Positions 18,365 through 29,007 of a stretch of 64,000 nt of DNA are shown piece by piece. The notes beneath the pieces were generated by a model. It was not told the origin of the DNA. It did no database searches and saw only the letters and a program-made list of their open reading frames with translations. The stretch's first letter is position 1. Each line of letters starts with the position of its first letter. This DNA is from Reyranella sp. Lineage in GTDB: Bacteria > Pseudomonadota > Alphaproteobacteria > Reyranellales > Reyranellaceae. The position numbers and the translations under genes were made by a program. The DNA is taken from the NCBI GenBank assembly GCA_035651335.1, contig DASRFX010000131.1, positions 14,499 through 78,498 of the forward strand, read 5' to 3'.

Positions 18365-19368
18365 TCCATAACAACGGCCAGTCGGCCGATCGCGTTGCGC
18401 TCCAGCAGCGCCCGCATCGCCTCGGCGGCCTGGTCGAGGCGGAAGGTGCGATCGACATGCGGCTTGCAGAGGCCGGCCTCGCACCAGCCGCGGATGCGCT
18501 CCATCAGCGCGAAGGTGCGCGGGGCCTGCTCGAAGCGCGCATCGTGCGGGCTCCAGCCGACGTAGTAGCCGTAGTTGAAGCCGGTCACCGCGATCGACTT
18601 CACCAGCAGGATGTTGGCCGGGATCTGCGGGATCGTGCCGCCGGCGAAGCCGATGGGACAGATGCGGCCCTCGACCGCCAGGCAGCGCAGCGACTGCGTG
18701 AACACGTCGCCGCCCACCGGATCGAAGACGCGGTCGACGCCGCGGCCGTCGGTGAGTTTCAGCACCTCGTCGCGGAAGTCGATGGCGCGGTAGTCGATGA
18801 CGTGGTCGGCGCCATGCGCTCGGGCGAACTCGGTCTTGCGCGCGCCGCCCGCCGTCGCGATCACGGTGGCGCCAAGGATCTTGCCGATCTCGACCGCCGC
18901 CATGCCAACGCCGCCCGCCGCGGCATGGACCAGAAGGGTCTGGCCCTGATGCACGTCGAGCGCCATCGGCCAGGTGAGCGCGCCAGCCGAGGTCGGGTAG
19001 GAGATGCAGAGCTGGATCGCCTCGACGAAGCCGATGTTTTTCGGCTTGGGGAAGACGTTGACCTCGTGCGCCACGGCTTCCTCGGCCAGGCCGCCCCAGT
19101 CGAGCACCGCCACCACCTCGTCGCCGACCTTGAGCCGCCTGCAGGCGGGATCGGCCTCGACCACCACCCCCGACACCTCGGTGCCGGGCGCGAAGGGCAG
19201 CGGCGGCTTGCGCTGATACTTGCCGGCGATGACCAGCGTCGTGGCGAAGCTCACGCCGGCCGCCCTTGTGCGGATGCGGACCTGGCCCGGCTCGAGCGGC
19301 GGTCGCGCGACGTCTTCGAGCCGCAGGTCGTCGGGACCGCCCCACTGGCGGCAGATCATCGCCTTCAT
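18361..19368 (-). CDS. NADPH:quinone oxidoreductase (MDR/zeta-crystallin) family protein
   Basis: GKYQRKPPLPFAPGTEVSG, AAAGGVG and GRGVD..FDPVGG motifs. Confidence 0.92.
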   Translation of the reverse strand: MKAMICRQWGGPDDLRLEDVARPPLEPGQVRIRTRAAGVSFATTLVIAGKYQRKPPLPFAPGTEVSGVVVEADPACRRLKVGDEVVAVLDWGGLAEEAVAHEVNVFPKPKNIGFVEAIQLCISYPTSAGALTWPMALDVHQGQTLLVHAAAGGVGMAAVEIGKILGATVIATAGGARKTEFARAHGADHVIDYRAIDFRDEVLKLTDGRGVDRVFDPVGGDVFTQSLRCLAVEGRICPIGFAGGTIPQIPANILLVKSIAVTGFNYGYYVGWSPHDARFEQAPRTFALMERIRGWCEAGLCKPHVDRTFRLDQAAEAMRALLERNAIGRLAVVME

Positions 19369-19377
19369 GGCGCCTTT

Positions 19378-20022
19378 CTAGGACGCGGGCCCGGCAAACA
19401 ACAGCAGGTTTCCGTCGGGATCGCGCGCGATGAAGTCCTGCGCCCCCCACGGCTCGCGCCGGAGCGGGCGGAAGAAATCGACGCCCGCCGCCTGGTACTG
19501 AAGGAAGAGCTGCTTGATCGCGGCGGCACTGTCGACCGTCAGCGAGGCGCCGAGCAGTTCCTCGCGCTCGCGCACGCCGGCGAGGAAAGGCGAGCGGTCG
19601 ACGTGGCGGAGATTGATCGCGGCCTTGTCGCGCTTCACCTCCGCATAGAAGGCGGGCTCGCCGTAGGTGAAGGCGATCTCGAAGCCGAGCTTGCCGGTGA
19701 AAAAATCGAGCGTCCTGTTCATGTCGGTCACGAACAGGCACGGTTCGGCGGCGGCGAGAGCCGGCGCGGCGGTGCCTGCGGCGGATTTGGTCATGGTCTG
19801 CACTCCTTGCTTGAGCGCCTGCCATGTCTCGTAGCCCGCCTGGCGGGCGACCAGCTCCTGCGCGTCGCCGAGCTTGAACACGCCGTCGAGGATCTGGCGG
19901 TCGCTCAGATCCTTGAAGCGCGGCAGCACGGCGCGGATCTGCGCCGCCACCGGATGGTGGCGGTCGCGGTGCCAGCGCAAATAGAGCTTCGCCTGCTTGC
20001 GGAGATTTTCGAGATTGGGCAC
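19378..20022 (-). CDS. VOC/glyoxalase family protein with an N-terminal 'LENLRKQAK...AQ..VAR..G..W' domain
   Basis: C-terminal VOC motifs (FFTGKLGF, EPWG...DPDGNLL) after a small helical N-terminal domain. Confidence 0.8.
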   Translation of the reverse strand: MPNLENLRKQAKLYLRWHRDRHHPVAAQIRAVLPRFKDLSDRQILDGVFKLGDAQELVARQAGYETWQALKQGVQTMTKSAAGTAAPALAAAEPCLFVTDMNRTLDFFTGKLGFEIAFTYGEPAFYAEVKRDKAAINLRHVDRSPFLAGVREREELLGASLTVDSAAAIKQLFLQYQAAGVDFFRPLRREPWGAQDFIARDPDGNLLLFAGPAS

Positions 20023-20128
20023 GGGCGCAACGACGTCGGTGGTGGGTCGTAGGTGGGCATGGCCCCTTCGGCTTGCGCCGATGCGCCCTACAGCAGCCCT
20101 CCAAGCATGAGCGCTGCGTCGCAGCCTG

Positions 20129-21703
20129 TCAATTCAGCGCCGCGATGCCGAGCGCCTTGCCGAAGCGCCGGCTGCAATCCAGCGGATCGCCGTACTTGCG
20201 GTGCTTGGCGGTGTGATGCGCCGCCGCCATCAGCAGCAGGCCGCCCTCCGGATTGCGGTTCTTGCCGTAATCCTCGAGCAGGCAGAGCGCGATCTCCTGG
20301 TTGTGCGGATCGTTGCCGAGCCGCGCGCAGGCAAGCGCGATCTGCTGCACCAGCGGCGCCGTGTCCTTGCCGGCCTCGAGCCAGGCCTGCACCGCACCGA
20401 CCGCCTTCGGTCCGTCGAGCGCCAGGCAGGCGGCCTGCACGTCCATGCCGGATTTCTCGGCCTTCATCGGCGTGCCGTCGCCGATCAGGCGCTGGTGCGC
20501 CGCCGCCTGGTTGAGGTAGGCGGCCGCCAGATACAGCAGCTTGATGCGCTGCGGGTGCTCGAAATTGTCCCAGAACCAGGCGAGCGTGTTCATGTACTCG
20601 TAGCAGTGCTGCGACAGCGAGAAATTGAGCTCGCCGTGGGTCTCGAGCACCGCCGTGGCCGAGCCGATCTGCAGCCCGTCGAGGATGGCGCGCGGGCTCT
20701 TGCCCGCCTTCAGGAGCTCGGTGAGATGCAGCAGGTAGGCGGGCTCGGGCTGGCGCACGACCGCCTCGATCAGCGCCTCGGTCTCGGCCTTGGTCAGCGG
20801 TACCTTGTTGTCCTTGGCGAGCAGACTGCGCTCGATCTCGATCGTGCCACCATAGGGCACCGCGTGCAGCGTCTGGCCGTCGAGATAGACGGTGACGGCG
20901 TTGCAAGCCACTTCGTAGAGCGAGTACCAGCGCGGGCCGACGGCGATGTCGAGCGCGCCGGCATAGAGCACGTCGTGGGCGGCGTCCCAGCCGATGAAGT
21001 CGCCGAGCTCGACGGTGGCGCGGGCGCGGAAGGATTTGTGGCCGGTCGTGTAGGAGCGGTTCTGGAACGAGCGGTCCTGCACGTCGATCAGGCCGGCGAA
21101 GCAGAGCTCGGCCAGCGCAGCCCGCCGCTCGCCGGGGTTCTGCATCAGGCCGAGGAAGACGCGGTAGGCCTCGACGACGTTGCCGCGGTGGACCAGCGTC
21201 GCCCATTGGCCGAGCCGGTCCTTCAGCGGGCCGTCGAGCGCCAGCGGCTCCTGGTCGGGCCAATGCACGACCGGCGCCGGCGGCGGCCCGTCCGCGAGCT
21301 GCATGCCGCGCGAATAGTGGCCGGGCGCCTTGCCGATCTTCTGGTTCCAGATGTCGAGCCCGGTCGGGATGTACCAGATGGTCTGCGCCATCGGCAGGCC
21401 GGCGGCCTCGCTCGGCACCATCCGGGAAAGATGCGTGGTGGCGCGCGCGCTCAAGAGGCAATGGTCGTTGTTGACGAAGTTCACGTACCCGTCGTCCATG
21501 CGCTCGTGATAGGGCACGTGGGTGTAGGGGGCGTGGATGCGCACCGCCTCGCGCAGCATCTCCTTCAGCGGCCGGCCGGCCTTCACCAGCCTGTAATAGA
21601 CCTCGCTCGCGCCCTTCTGGTCGCGCGCCAGGATGCGCTCCTCGAGCGCGGCATAGTCGGGATCGGAGCGCGTGCTCGCGGTGACTGAAGCGTCGGGCGC
21701 CAT
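20129..21703 (-). CDS. Hypothetical 524-aa protein, probably helical, with spaced His motifs
   Basis: GGAGGA RBS, host-like codon usage and a long ORF. No family recognised. Confidence 0.8.
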   Translation of the reverse strand: MAPDASVTASTRSDPDYAALEERILARDQKGASEVYYRLVKAGRPLKEMLREAVRIHAPYTHVPYHERMDDGYVNFVNNDHCLLSARATTHLSRMVPSEAAGLPMAQTIWYIPTGLDIWNQKIGKAPGHYSRGMQLADGPPPAPVVHWPDQEPLALDGPLKDRLGQWATLVHRGNVVEAYRVFLGLMQNPGERRAALAELCFAGLIDVQDRSFQNRSYTTGHKSFRARATVELGDFIGWDAAHDVLYAGALDIAVGPRWYSLYEVACNAVTVYLDGQTLHAVPYGGTIEIERSLLAKDNKVPLTKAETEALIEAVVRQPEPAYLLHLTELLKAGKSPRAILDGLQIGSATAVLETHGELNFSLSQHCYEYMNTLAWFWDNFEHPQRIKLLYLAAAYLNQAAAHQRLIGDGTPMKAEKSGMDVQAACLALDGPKAVGAVQAWLEAGKDTAPLVQQIALACARLGNDPHNQEIALCLLEDYGKNRNPEGGLLLMAAAHHTAKHRKYGDPLDCSRRFGKALGIAALN

Positions 21704-21773
21704 GTTTTCCTCCGCAGAGGTCTATTAGACGCCGGCCGGTCGTGGAATGCTATTGGAAATCGGAGGACCAGCC

Positions 21774-22301
21774 ATGCTCACGATGCGTCCCCAGAAGGCC
21801 GTCGTCTTCAGTCTCGTCGCCACCGAGAAGTCTTACGACATCCTGGACGACGGCACGCCGGTCGCCGTCGTGTCCTACCTCAAGAACAAGGGCGGCAAGA
21901 TCGCGCTCGACGGCAGGGAATATTCCGTGAAGCGCGAGGGAGGGCCCAGCGACGAGATGCTGGGCCAGGCGCTGCTGCGGATGGTGACGGGGCGCAAACG
22001 CGTGCCCGCCACCTGGAGCCTGCTCGGTCCGGACGGCAAGATGCTTGCGTCGGCCGAGCACTCGAAGGAGGGCTTCGCGGTGACGCGCGGCACGGACAGG
22101 CTCGCCTTCCGCAATTCGAAGAAGGCGGGCTTCCAATTGTTCCGCGAGGGCAGTGCCGAGCCGCTCGGCTCAAGCAAGGGCATGAGCCTGCCGGCCGAAT
22201 TCGATCTGCCGTTCCAGGCGTTCCTGTTCGTGCTGGCGATCGCCCTCGCGGAAGAGGATCTGGCCGGCGTCGACGGCTCGGCGGTGTCGGTCGACACCTA
22301 G
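21774..22301 (+). CDS. Hypothetical protein (possibly LURP/tubby-like beta barrel)
   Basis: GGAGGA RBS before ATG 21774. The fold guess comes from the beta-rich pattern and C-terminal hydrophobic helix. Confidence 0.6.
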   Translation: MLTMRPQKAVVFSLVATEKSYDILDDGTPVAVVSYLKNKGGKIALDGREYSVKREGGPSDEMLGQALLRMVTGRKRVPATWSLLGPDGKMLASAEHSKEGFAVTRGTDRLAFRNSKKAGFQLFREGSAEPLGSSKGMSLPAEFDLPFQAFLFVLAIALAEEDLAGVDGSAVSVDT

Positions 22302-23134
22302 CGCCACGGGCCGAACGGCGGCATGTCCTTCGACGGCTTGAGCGGAAAGTTGGGCGCGCGCTTCTCGAAGAACGACTTGATGCCTTCCTGCGCGTCGGCC
22401 GAGGCGGCGAGGTAGCCGACGCAAGCGACGTCGAGGGTCACTGCATCGAGCGGGTCCTCGGCGCCCCACATGCTCCACATCAGCCGCCGGTTCACCGCGG
22501 TGGCGACCGGCGAGGACGTCTTCGCCGCGAACTTCCGGGCCAGCGCCTGGGCGGCCGGCAACAGCTCCTCCGGCGCATGGACCGAGCGCACCAGTCCGCC
22601 CTTCAGCGCTTCCTCGGCGCCGAACAATTCGGCCGTCATCACCCACTCCTGCGCCTGCTGCATGCCGACCAGCCGCGGCAGGAACCACGACGAGCCGGCT
22701 TCCATCGCCATGCCGCGCTTGTTGAACACGAAGCCGATCCGGGCCGCGCTCGACATCAGGCGGATATCCATCGGCAGGCACATGGTGATGCCGACGCCGA
22801 CCGCTGCGCCGTTGATCGCCGCGATGATCGGCTTCAGGCAATTGAGGATCGCTAGGGTGATCGATTCCTTTGGATCGCGCTTCACTGGCGCGGCCCCGTC
22901 GTTCCACACGGTGAAGGCGGAACTGCCGCCCGAGATGTCGGCGCCGGCGCAGAAGGCGCGGCCCGCGCCGGTGACGACGATGGCGCGCACCTCGTCCATC
23001 GCGTTCACTTTCGTGAAGAAGTCGATCAGCTCACGGCTCATCGCCTGATTGAAGGCGTTGAGCTTGTCGGGACGGTTGAGCGTCACCGTCATGACACCGT
23101 CGTCGAGCGTGGTGAGCAACGTTTCGTAGGCCAT
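22298..23134 (-). CDS. Enoyl-CoA hydratase/isomerase (crotonase) family protein
   Basis: TLNRPDKLNA, GRAFCAGAD, KPIIAAINGAAVGVG and EGIKSFFEKRAP. GAGGAG RBS. Confidence 0.93.
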   Translation of the reverse strand: MAYETLLTTLDDGVMTVTLNRPDKLNAFNQAMSRELIDFFTKVNAMDEVRAIVVTGAGRAFCAGADISGGSSAFTVWNDGAAPVKRDPKESITLAILNCLKPIIAAINGAAVGVGITMCLPMDIRLMSSAARIGFVFNKRGMAMEAGSSWFLPRLVGMQQAQEWVMTAELFGAEEALKGGLVRSVHAPEELLPAAQALARKFAAKTSSPVATAVNRRLMWSMWGAEDPLDAVTLDVACVGYLAASADAQEGIKSFFEKRAPNFPLKPSKDMPPFGPWR

Positions 23135-23248
23135 GGCGCGCTCCTCGGCGAATTTCCGCCACGCAACACCGAATGTCGTTGCGCGACTGCGTGGTTTACG
23201 AAACCATCGCCCCAACCGACGTCACAGGCAATCCCGGAGGAGCTTCCC

Positions 23249-24040
23249 ATGTCGCATGTCATCAAGACCGTCGAGGACGGCGTGATGAAGATCGTTCTCA
23301 ACCGGCCGGAGGCGATGAATGCGCTGAGCCGCGAGATGATGACCGGGCTCACCGAGGCGCTGGAAGAGGCGGCGGACACGCGGGCCATCGGCTGCGTCGT
23401 GGTGCGCGGCGCGGGCGACAAGGCGTTCTGCGCCGGCGGCGACGTCAAGTCGATGGCGGCCGGCCGCGACCAGGACAAGACCTTCGAGGACAAGGTTCAC
23501 GACATCCGCAACCGCATGCGCGTGTCGGAGATGCTGCACGAGATCGGCAAGCCGACCATCGCCATGGTGAACGGCGTGGCCGCGGGCGCCGGCCTGTCGA
23601 TCGCGCTGGCGGCGGACATGCGCTTTGCCGGCAAGAGCGCGCGCATGACGACGGCCTTCGCCAAAGTGGGCTTCTCGGGCGATTTCGGCTCGCACTATTT
23701 CCTGCACAAGCTGGTTGGCACCGCCAAGGCGCGCGAGCTCTACTTCACCTCCGAAATCCTGAACGCAGAGCAGATCGAGAAGCTCGGCCTCGCCAACCGC
23801 ATCGTCGACGATGCCAATCTCGAGAGCGAGACCATGGCGTTCGCGAGGAAGCTCGCGTCCGGGCCGCGCACGGCATGGTGGCACGTCAAGAAGAACATGA
23901 AGGTCGCCGAGGAGGGCACGCTTGCCGAGGCACTCGACAGCGAGGCGGCGCGCCAGATCAGGACCGGCGAGACCGAAGACCACAAGGAAGCCGCCCGCGC
24001 CTTCGTCGAGAAGCGCGCGCCGGTGTTCAAGGGTTACTGA
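23249..24040 (+). CDS. Enoyl-CoA hydratase/isomerase (PaaG-like) family protein
   Basis: LNRPEAMNAL, AFCAGGDV, NGVAAGAG, GFSGDFG and AFVEKRAPVFKG motifs. Confidence 0.93.
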   Translation: MSHVIKTVEDGVMKIVLNRPEAMNALSREMMTGLTEALEEAADTRAIGCVVVRGAGDKAFCAGGDVKSMAAGRDQDKTFEDKVHDIRNRMRVSEMLHEIGKPTIAMVNGVAAGAGLSIALAADMRFAGKSARMTTAFAKVGFSGDFGSHYFLHKLVGTAKARELYFTSEILNAEQIEKLGLANRIVDDANLESETMAFARKLASGPRTAWWHVKKNMKVAEEGTLAEALDSEAARQIRTGETEDHKEAARAFVEKRAPVFKGY

Positions 24041-24992
24041 GGCGTCCGGACCCCGAGCCTCTGGCCCGCTCACGGTCCAGAAGGTGCTTGAAAGCCCCGG
24101 CGATGCCGGTCGGCATCGCCACGATGGCGGCGATCAGCAGCACGGCGTAGAGCAGGGCCGACAGGCCCTTGCCGAGCGGCGCCACGATGTCGGGGAAGAA
24201 TTCCAGGAACACGCCGCCCAGCAAGGCGCCGAGCGGCGTGTTCATGCCGCCGACCACAAGGCCGAACAGCATCTGCACCGACAGGGCGAAATTGTAGGCG
24301 GTCGGCCCGACGAAGCCGTATTGATAGCCGACCAGGCAGCCGGCGAGCGCGAGATAGCCGCCGGCCAAGCCCGAGGCGACACTGCGCACATGCAGGACGT
24401 CGATGCCCTGGGCGACCGCCGCCAGCTCGTCGTCGCGCGCCGCCATCAGCGCGCGGCCCGACCGGCCCTTGACGATGTTGTGCGCGATCAGCAGGCCGGC
24501 CGCGAGCAACGCCAGCGCGATGAGGAAGCTCCAGCGGTCCTGGCCGACGATGGCGAACGGCGGCGGCGGCGGATCGATGTAGAGGCCCTGTACGCCGCCG
24601 GTCCATTTCTCGATCAAGCGCCAGCGCAGCAATTGCGGGAAGGCGATCGCCAGCGCGTAGGTCACCAGCGCCTGGGTCCAGATGCTGTGGCCGGAGGCGA
24701 CGCGGCCGAGGCCGTAGCCCGCCGCGAAGCCGACCAGCGGCGCCACCGCGAGCGCTGCATAGGCGCCGACGGGATTGCCTTCGCCGCCGACGATCGCGGC
24801 GGTATAGCCGCCCATGCCGTAGAGCGCCGCCTGGGCGAACGAGAACTGGCCATTGATGCCGCACAGCAGGACGAGGCCGAGCAGGGCGATGGCCCAGATC
24901 GTCGCCTGGGCGAAGCGGAAGACCATGAAGGTCGGGAAGAGGAATGAGAGCGCGGCGACCGCCACGAACCCGATGGCCCAGGCGGTCCGCAT
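24027..24992 (-). CDS. Branched-chain amino-acid ABC transporter permease (LivM-like), orphan
   Basis: GQFSFAQAA..G.GGY, GRALMAARDDELAA...GI and VGG...LGALLG motifs; multiple TM segments. Confidence 0.85.
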   Translation of the reverse strand: MRTAWAIGFVAVAALSFLFPTFMVFRFAQATIWAIALLGLVLLCGINGQFSFAQAALYGMGGYTAAIVGGEGNPVGAYAALAVAPLVGFAAGYGLGRVASGHSIWTQALVTYALAIAFPQLLRWRLIEKWTGGVQGLYIDPPPPPFAIVGQDRWSFLIALALLAAGLLIAHNIVKGRSGRALMAARDDELAAVAQGIDVLHVRSVASGLAGGYLALAGCLVGYQYGFVGPTAYNFALSVQMLFGLVVGGMNTPLGALLGGVFLEFFPDIVAPLGKGLSALLYAVLLIAAIVAMPTGIAGAFKHLLDRERARGSGSGRLSNP

Positions 24993-25026
24993 GGCATTAA
25001 CATAGGTCAAAACCAGGAGGAGCGCG

Positions 25027-25779
25027 ATGAAGCTGAGGCAATGCGTGTTCGTGGCCAAGGATCTCGAGAGCTCGCGCGAGGAGCTGTGCGACATCCTGGG
25101 CATCGAAGTGGCGTATCGCGATCCCGGCGTCGCCAAGTGGGGCCTGGTCAACGTCGTGTGCCCGACCGGCCACGACTTCCTCGAGATCGTCTCGCCGTCG
25201 CAGCCCGGCACCTCGGCCGGCCGCTACATCGACCGGCGCAAGGGCGACGGCGGCTACATGGTGATCCTGCAGGTGGCGGACGCGATCGCCGAGCGCAAGC
25301 GCGTCGCCGGCCTCGGCGTCCGCGCCGTGGCACAGAAGGACCTGCCGGAATACCAGTACACCCACTTCCATCCGTCGGACACGTCGGGTGTGCTGCTGTC
25401 GATCGACCAGACCAATGCGCCGGCCGGGGTGGACCCCAAATTATGGTGGCCGCCGGCGGAGAAGAACTGGCTGCCGCATGCCCGCTCCGACGTGACCAAC
25501 GGTCTCGCCGGCGTCGAGATCCAGTCGGACGATCCCGACAAGACCGCCGCGCACTGGTCGAAGATCCTCAATCGCCCGGTGCAGGGCGACATCATCAAGC
25601 TCGACGATGACGGCGAGATCCGCTTCGTGCCGATCGCGGACGGACGCGGCCCCGGCATCTCGGCGTTCGACGTGCGTGTCGTCGATCGTGACCGTGTCAT
25701 CGCCGCCGCCAGGAAGCGGCACAAGCAGCATGGCGTCGGTCAGGTCGAGGTCTGCGGCTGCCGGATCAACTTGGTATGA
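25027..25779 (+). CDS. VOC/glyoxalase-like protein
   Basis: LRQ..VA.DL, DPGV..WGL.N, FLEIVSP, GDGGYMVILQ and HP.D motifs. AGGAGG RBS. Confidence 0.8.
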   Translation: MKLRQCVFVAKDLESSREELCDILGIEVAYRDPGVAKWGLVNVVCPTGHDFLEIVSPSQPGTSAGRYIDRRKGDGGYMVILQVADAIAERKRVAGLGVRAVAQKDLPEYQYTHFHPSDTSGVLLSIDQTNAPAGVDPKLWWPPAEKNWLPHARSDVTNGLAGVEIQSDDPDKTAAHWSKILNRPVQGDIIKLDDDGEIRFVPIADGRGPGISAFDVRVVDRDRVIAAARKRHKQHGVGQVEVCGCRINLV

Positions 25780-26534
25780 ACAAGCCGCTGATCGTCGGCA
25801 GCTATCTCTCGCCCTATGTGCGCAAGGTGCTGGTCTGCCTCGAGCTCAAGGGCATCGCCTACGAGGTCGATCATTTCGTGCCGTTCTTCGGCAACGATGC
25901 ATTCTCGAAGCTGTCGCCGCTGCGCCGCATACCGGTGCTGGTCGATCGTGGCCCTGGGGGCGACCTGGTGCTCACCGATTCTTCGGTGATCTGCGAGTAC
26001 CTGGAGGATCTGAGGCCCGCGCCGCGCGTCTACCCCGAGGACATTCGCCAGCGCGCACGGGCGCGCTGGCTGGAGGAGTTCGCCGACACCCGCATGGGCG
26101 ACGTGCTGATCTGGCGCTACTTCGCGCAGATCGCCATCCGGCCCACCGTGTGGGGCGAGAAGGGCGATCGCGCGGCGACCGAGAAGACGCTGAAGGAGGA
26201 GTTTCCAACCGTGCTCGACTATCTCGAGTCGGAGGCTCCGGCGGACGGCTTCAAGTTCGGCGCGATGTCGATGGCCGACATTGCGCCCGCCTGCTTCTTC
26301 CGCACCGTGGCGTTCGTGCGCTTCCAGATCGATCCCGTGCGCTGGCCCAGGACCGCCGCCTGGATGGGCCGCACCCTGGCGACCGACCCGTTTCGCAAGC
26401 TGGCGGCCCTCGAAGACGCGATCCTGCGGGTGCCGGTGCCCGAGCAGCGTGCCGCGCTGAAGGCTTTGGGCGCACCGATCAGCGCCGAGACCTACGGCTC
26501 TAGCACGCCCCGGCGCGGGGTAATGCCGGTCTGA
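25776..26534 (+). CDS. Glutathione S-transferase family protein
   Basis: SPYVRKV, SPLRRIPVL, DSSVICEYLE and S.ADIA motifs. Confidence 0.92.
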   Translation: MNKPLIVGSYLSPYVRKVLVCLELKGIAYEVDHFVPFFGNDAFSKLSPLRRIPVLVDRGPGGDLVLTDSSVICEYLEDLRPAPRVYPEDIRQRARARWLEEFADTRMGDVLIWRYFAQIAIRPTVWGEKGDRAATEKTLKEEFPTVLDYLESEAPADGFKFGAMSMADIAPACFFRTVAFVRFQIDPVRWPRTAAWMGRTLATDPFRKLAALEDAILRVPVPEQRAALKALGAPISAETYGSSTPRRGVMPV

Positions 26535-26566
26535 AGCTCGCGCTCAAAACAATTTGCAGTTTGGGC

Positions 26567-26683
26567 GTCTCAGGCGTCTCACGTGTCTCACGGTGTCTCA
26601 CCAGGGGGGTGGGGGTGTTCCGTGAGACTCAGGCGCAAAACCCTTATGTCATCGGCATCGGAGGCGTCTCAGGCGGGTGAGAC
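26567..26683. repeat. Cluster of seven GTCTCA/TGAGAC hexamers around a G-run
   Basis: GTCTCA at 26567, 26576, 26585, 26595 and 26666; TGAGAC at 26623 and 26678; GGGGGGTGGGGG at about 26604-26615. Confidence 0.8.
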
Positions 26684-26703
26684 TCGGGGTCCGGCGGCAG
26701 GTC

Positions 26704-27804
<1,101 letters not shown>

Positions 27805-27846
27805 GTTTTGCTTGCTTTAGCCAACTCCGCAGGCCGGGACCAGAGG

Positions 27847-28968
27847 CTACGTATTGCCCACTATGGCGCGCACATGTTCGGCCAGCGAAAGCGAGGCGGT
27901 CAGGCCGGGCGATTCGATGCCGAACAGATGGATGAGGCCCGGCACGCCATGTTCCGCGGGGCCCATGATCGTGAAATCCTGCGCCGGCGCGCCCGGCGGC
28001 ACGATCTTGGGCCGGATGCCGGCGTAGCCCGGTTGCAGCGCGCCGTCCTTCAGCGCCGGCCAATATTTGCGCACGGCGGCGTAGAATTTGTCGGCGCGGT
28101 GCGGGTCGACGGTGTAGTCGATGGCGTCGGGACTCTTGGGATGGATCCATTCGACGTCGGGCCCGAACTTGGCCTGGCCGCCCATGTCGACGGTGATATG
28201 CACGCCCAAGCCCCCCGGCACCGGCACGGGATAGATCAGGCGCGAGAACGGCGAGCGGCCGCTCAAGGTGAAGTAGTTACCCTTGGCGTAGTAGGCGGTC
28301 GGGATCTTGTCCGCCGGCATACCGGCTATTTTGCGCGCGAGATCGGGCGCGTGCAGGCCGGCCGAATTCACCAGCAGGCGGGTCTTGAGCCTCATCGGCT
28401 CAGCACCGCCGACCGCGAGCTCGATGCCGTCGTCCGTCACCTTGGCGCCGAGCAGCGGGCTGTTGAACGCGATCATGGCGCCGTTGGCCTCGGCGTCGCC
28501 CTGCAGCGCCAGCATGTAGGTGTGGCTGTCGATGATGCCGGTGGCGGGCGAGAAGAGAGCGCTGGTGCATTGCAGGTTGGGCTCGAGCGCCCGGGCTTCG
28601 GCGGCGCTCAGCACACGCATGCCCTCGACGCCGTTGGCTTCGGCGCGGCCCTGGATCGAGGCCAGCATGTCGTCTTCCTGCCGGTTGGTGGCGACGATCA
28701 GCTTGCCGCAATTGCGGTGCGGCACGTCGTGCTCCTTGCAGTAGGCGTAGAGCTTGCGGCGGCCCTCGACGCAGGCGCGCGCCATCAGGCTGCCCTTGGG
28801 GTAGTAGATGCCGGCGTGGATGACCTCGGAATTGCGCGAGCTGGTCCCAGTGCCGATGCCGTCGGCGGCTTCGAGAACGATGACTTCGCGGCCGGCGAGG
28901 GCCAGGCCGCGCGCCACGGCGAGCCCCACCACACCCGCTCCGACGACGACGCAATCGACGCTTTCCAT
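27847..28968 (-). CDS. FAD-dependent oxidoreductase, L-2-hydroxyglutarate oxidase (LhgO) family
   Basis: [32 protein letters not shown] and GIESPGLT motifs. Confidence 0.9.
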   Translation of the reverse strand: MESVDCVVVGAGVVGLAVARGLALAGREVIVLEAADGIGTGTSSRNSEVIHAGIYYPKGSLMARACVEGRRKLYAYCKEHDVPHRNCGKLIVATNRQEDDMLASIQGRAEANGVEGMRVLSAAEARALEPNLQCTSALFSPATGIIDSHTYMLALQGDAEANGAMIAFNSPLLGAKVTDDGIELAVGGAEPMRLKTRLLVNSAGLHAPDLARKIAGMPADKIPTAYYAKGNYFTLSGRSPFSRLIYPVPVPGGLGVHITVDMGGQAKFGPDVEWIHPKSPDAIDYTVDPHRADKFYAAVRKYWPALKDGALQPGYAGIRPKIVPPGAPAQDFTIMGPAEHGVPGLIHLFGIESPGLTASLSLAEHVRAIVGNT

Positions 28969-29007
28969 CAGCGCATGCTACTAGACCGGCGTGGTCAGGG
29001 AGGCAAC

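Noticed and set aside
26567-26683. Possible CRISPR array
   Set aside because: The repeats are only 6-13 bp, there are no unique ~30-bp spacers, and no cas genes are present.
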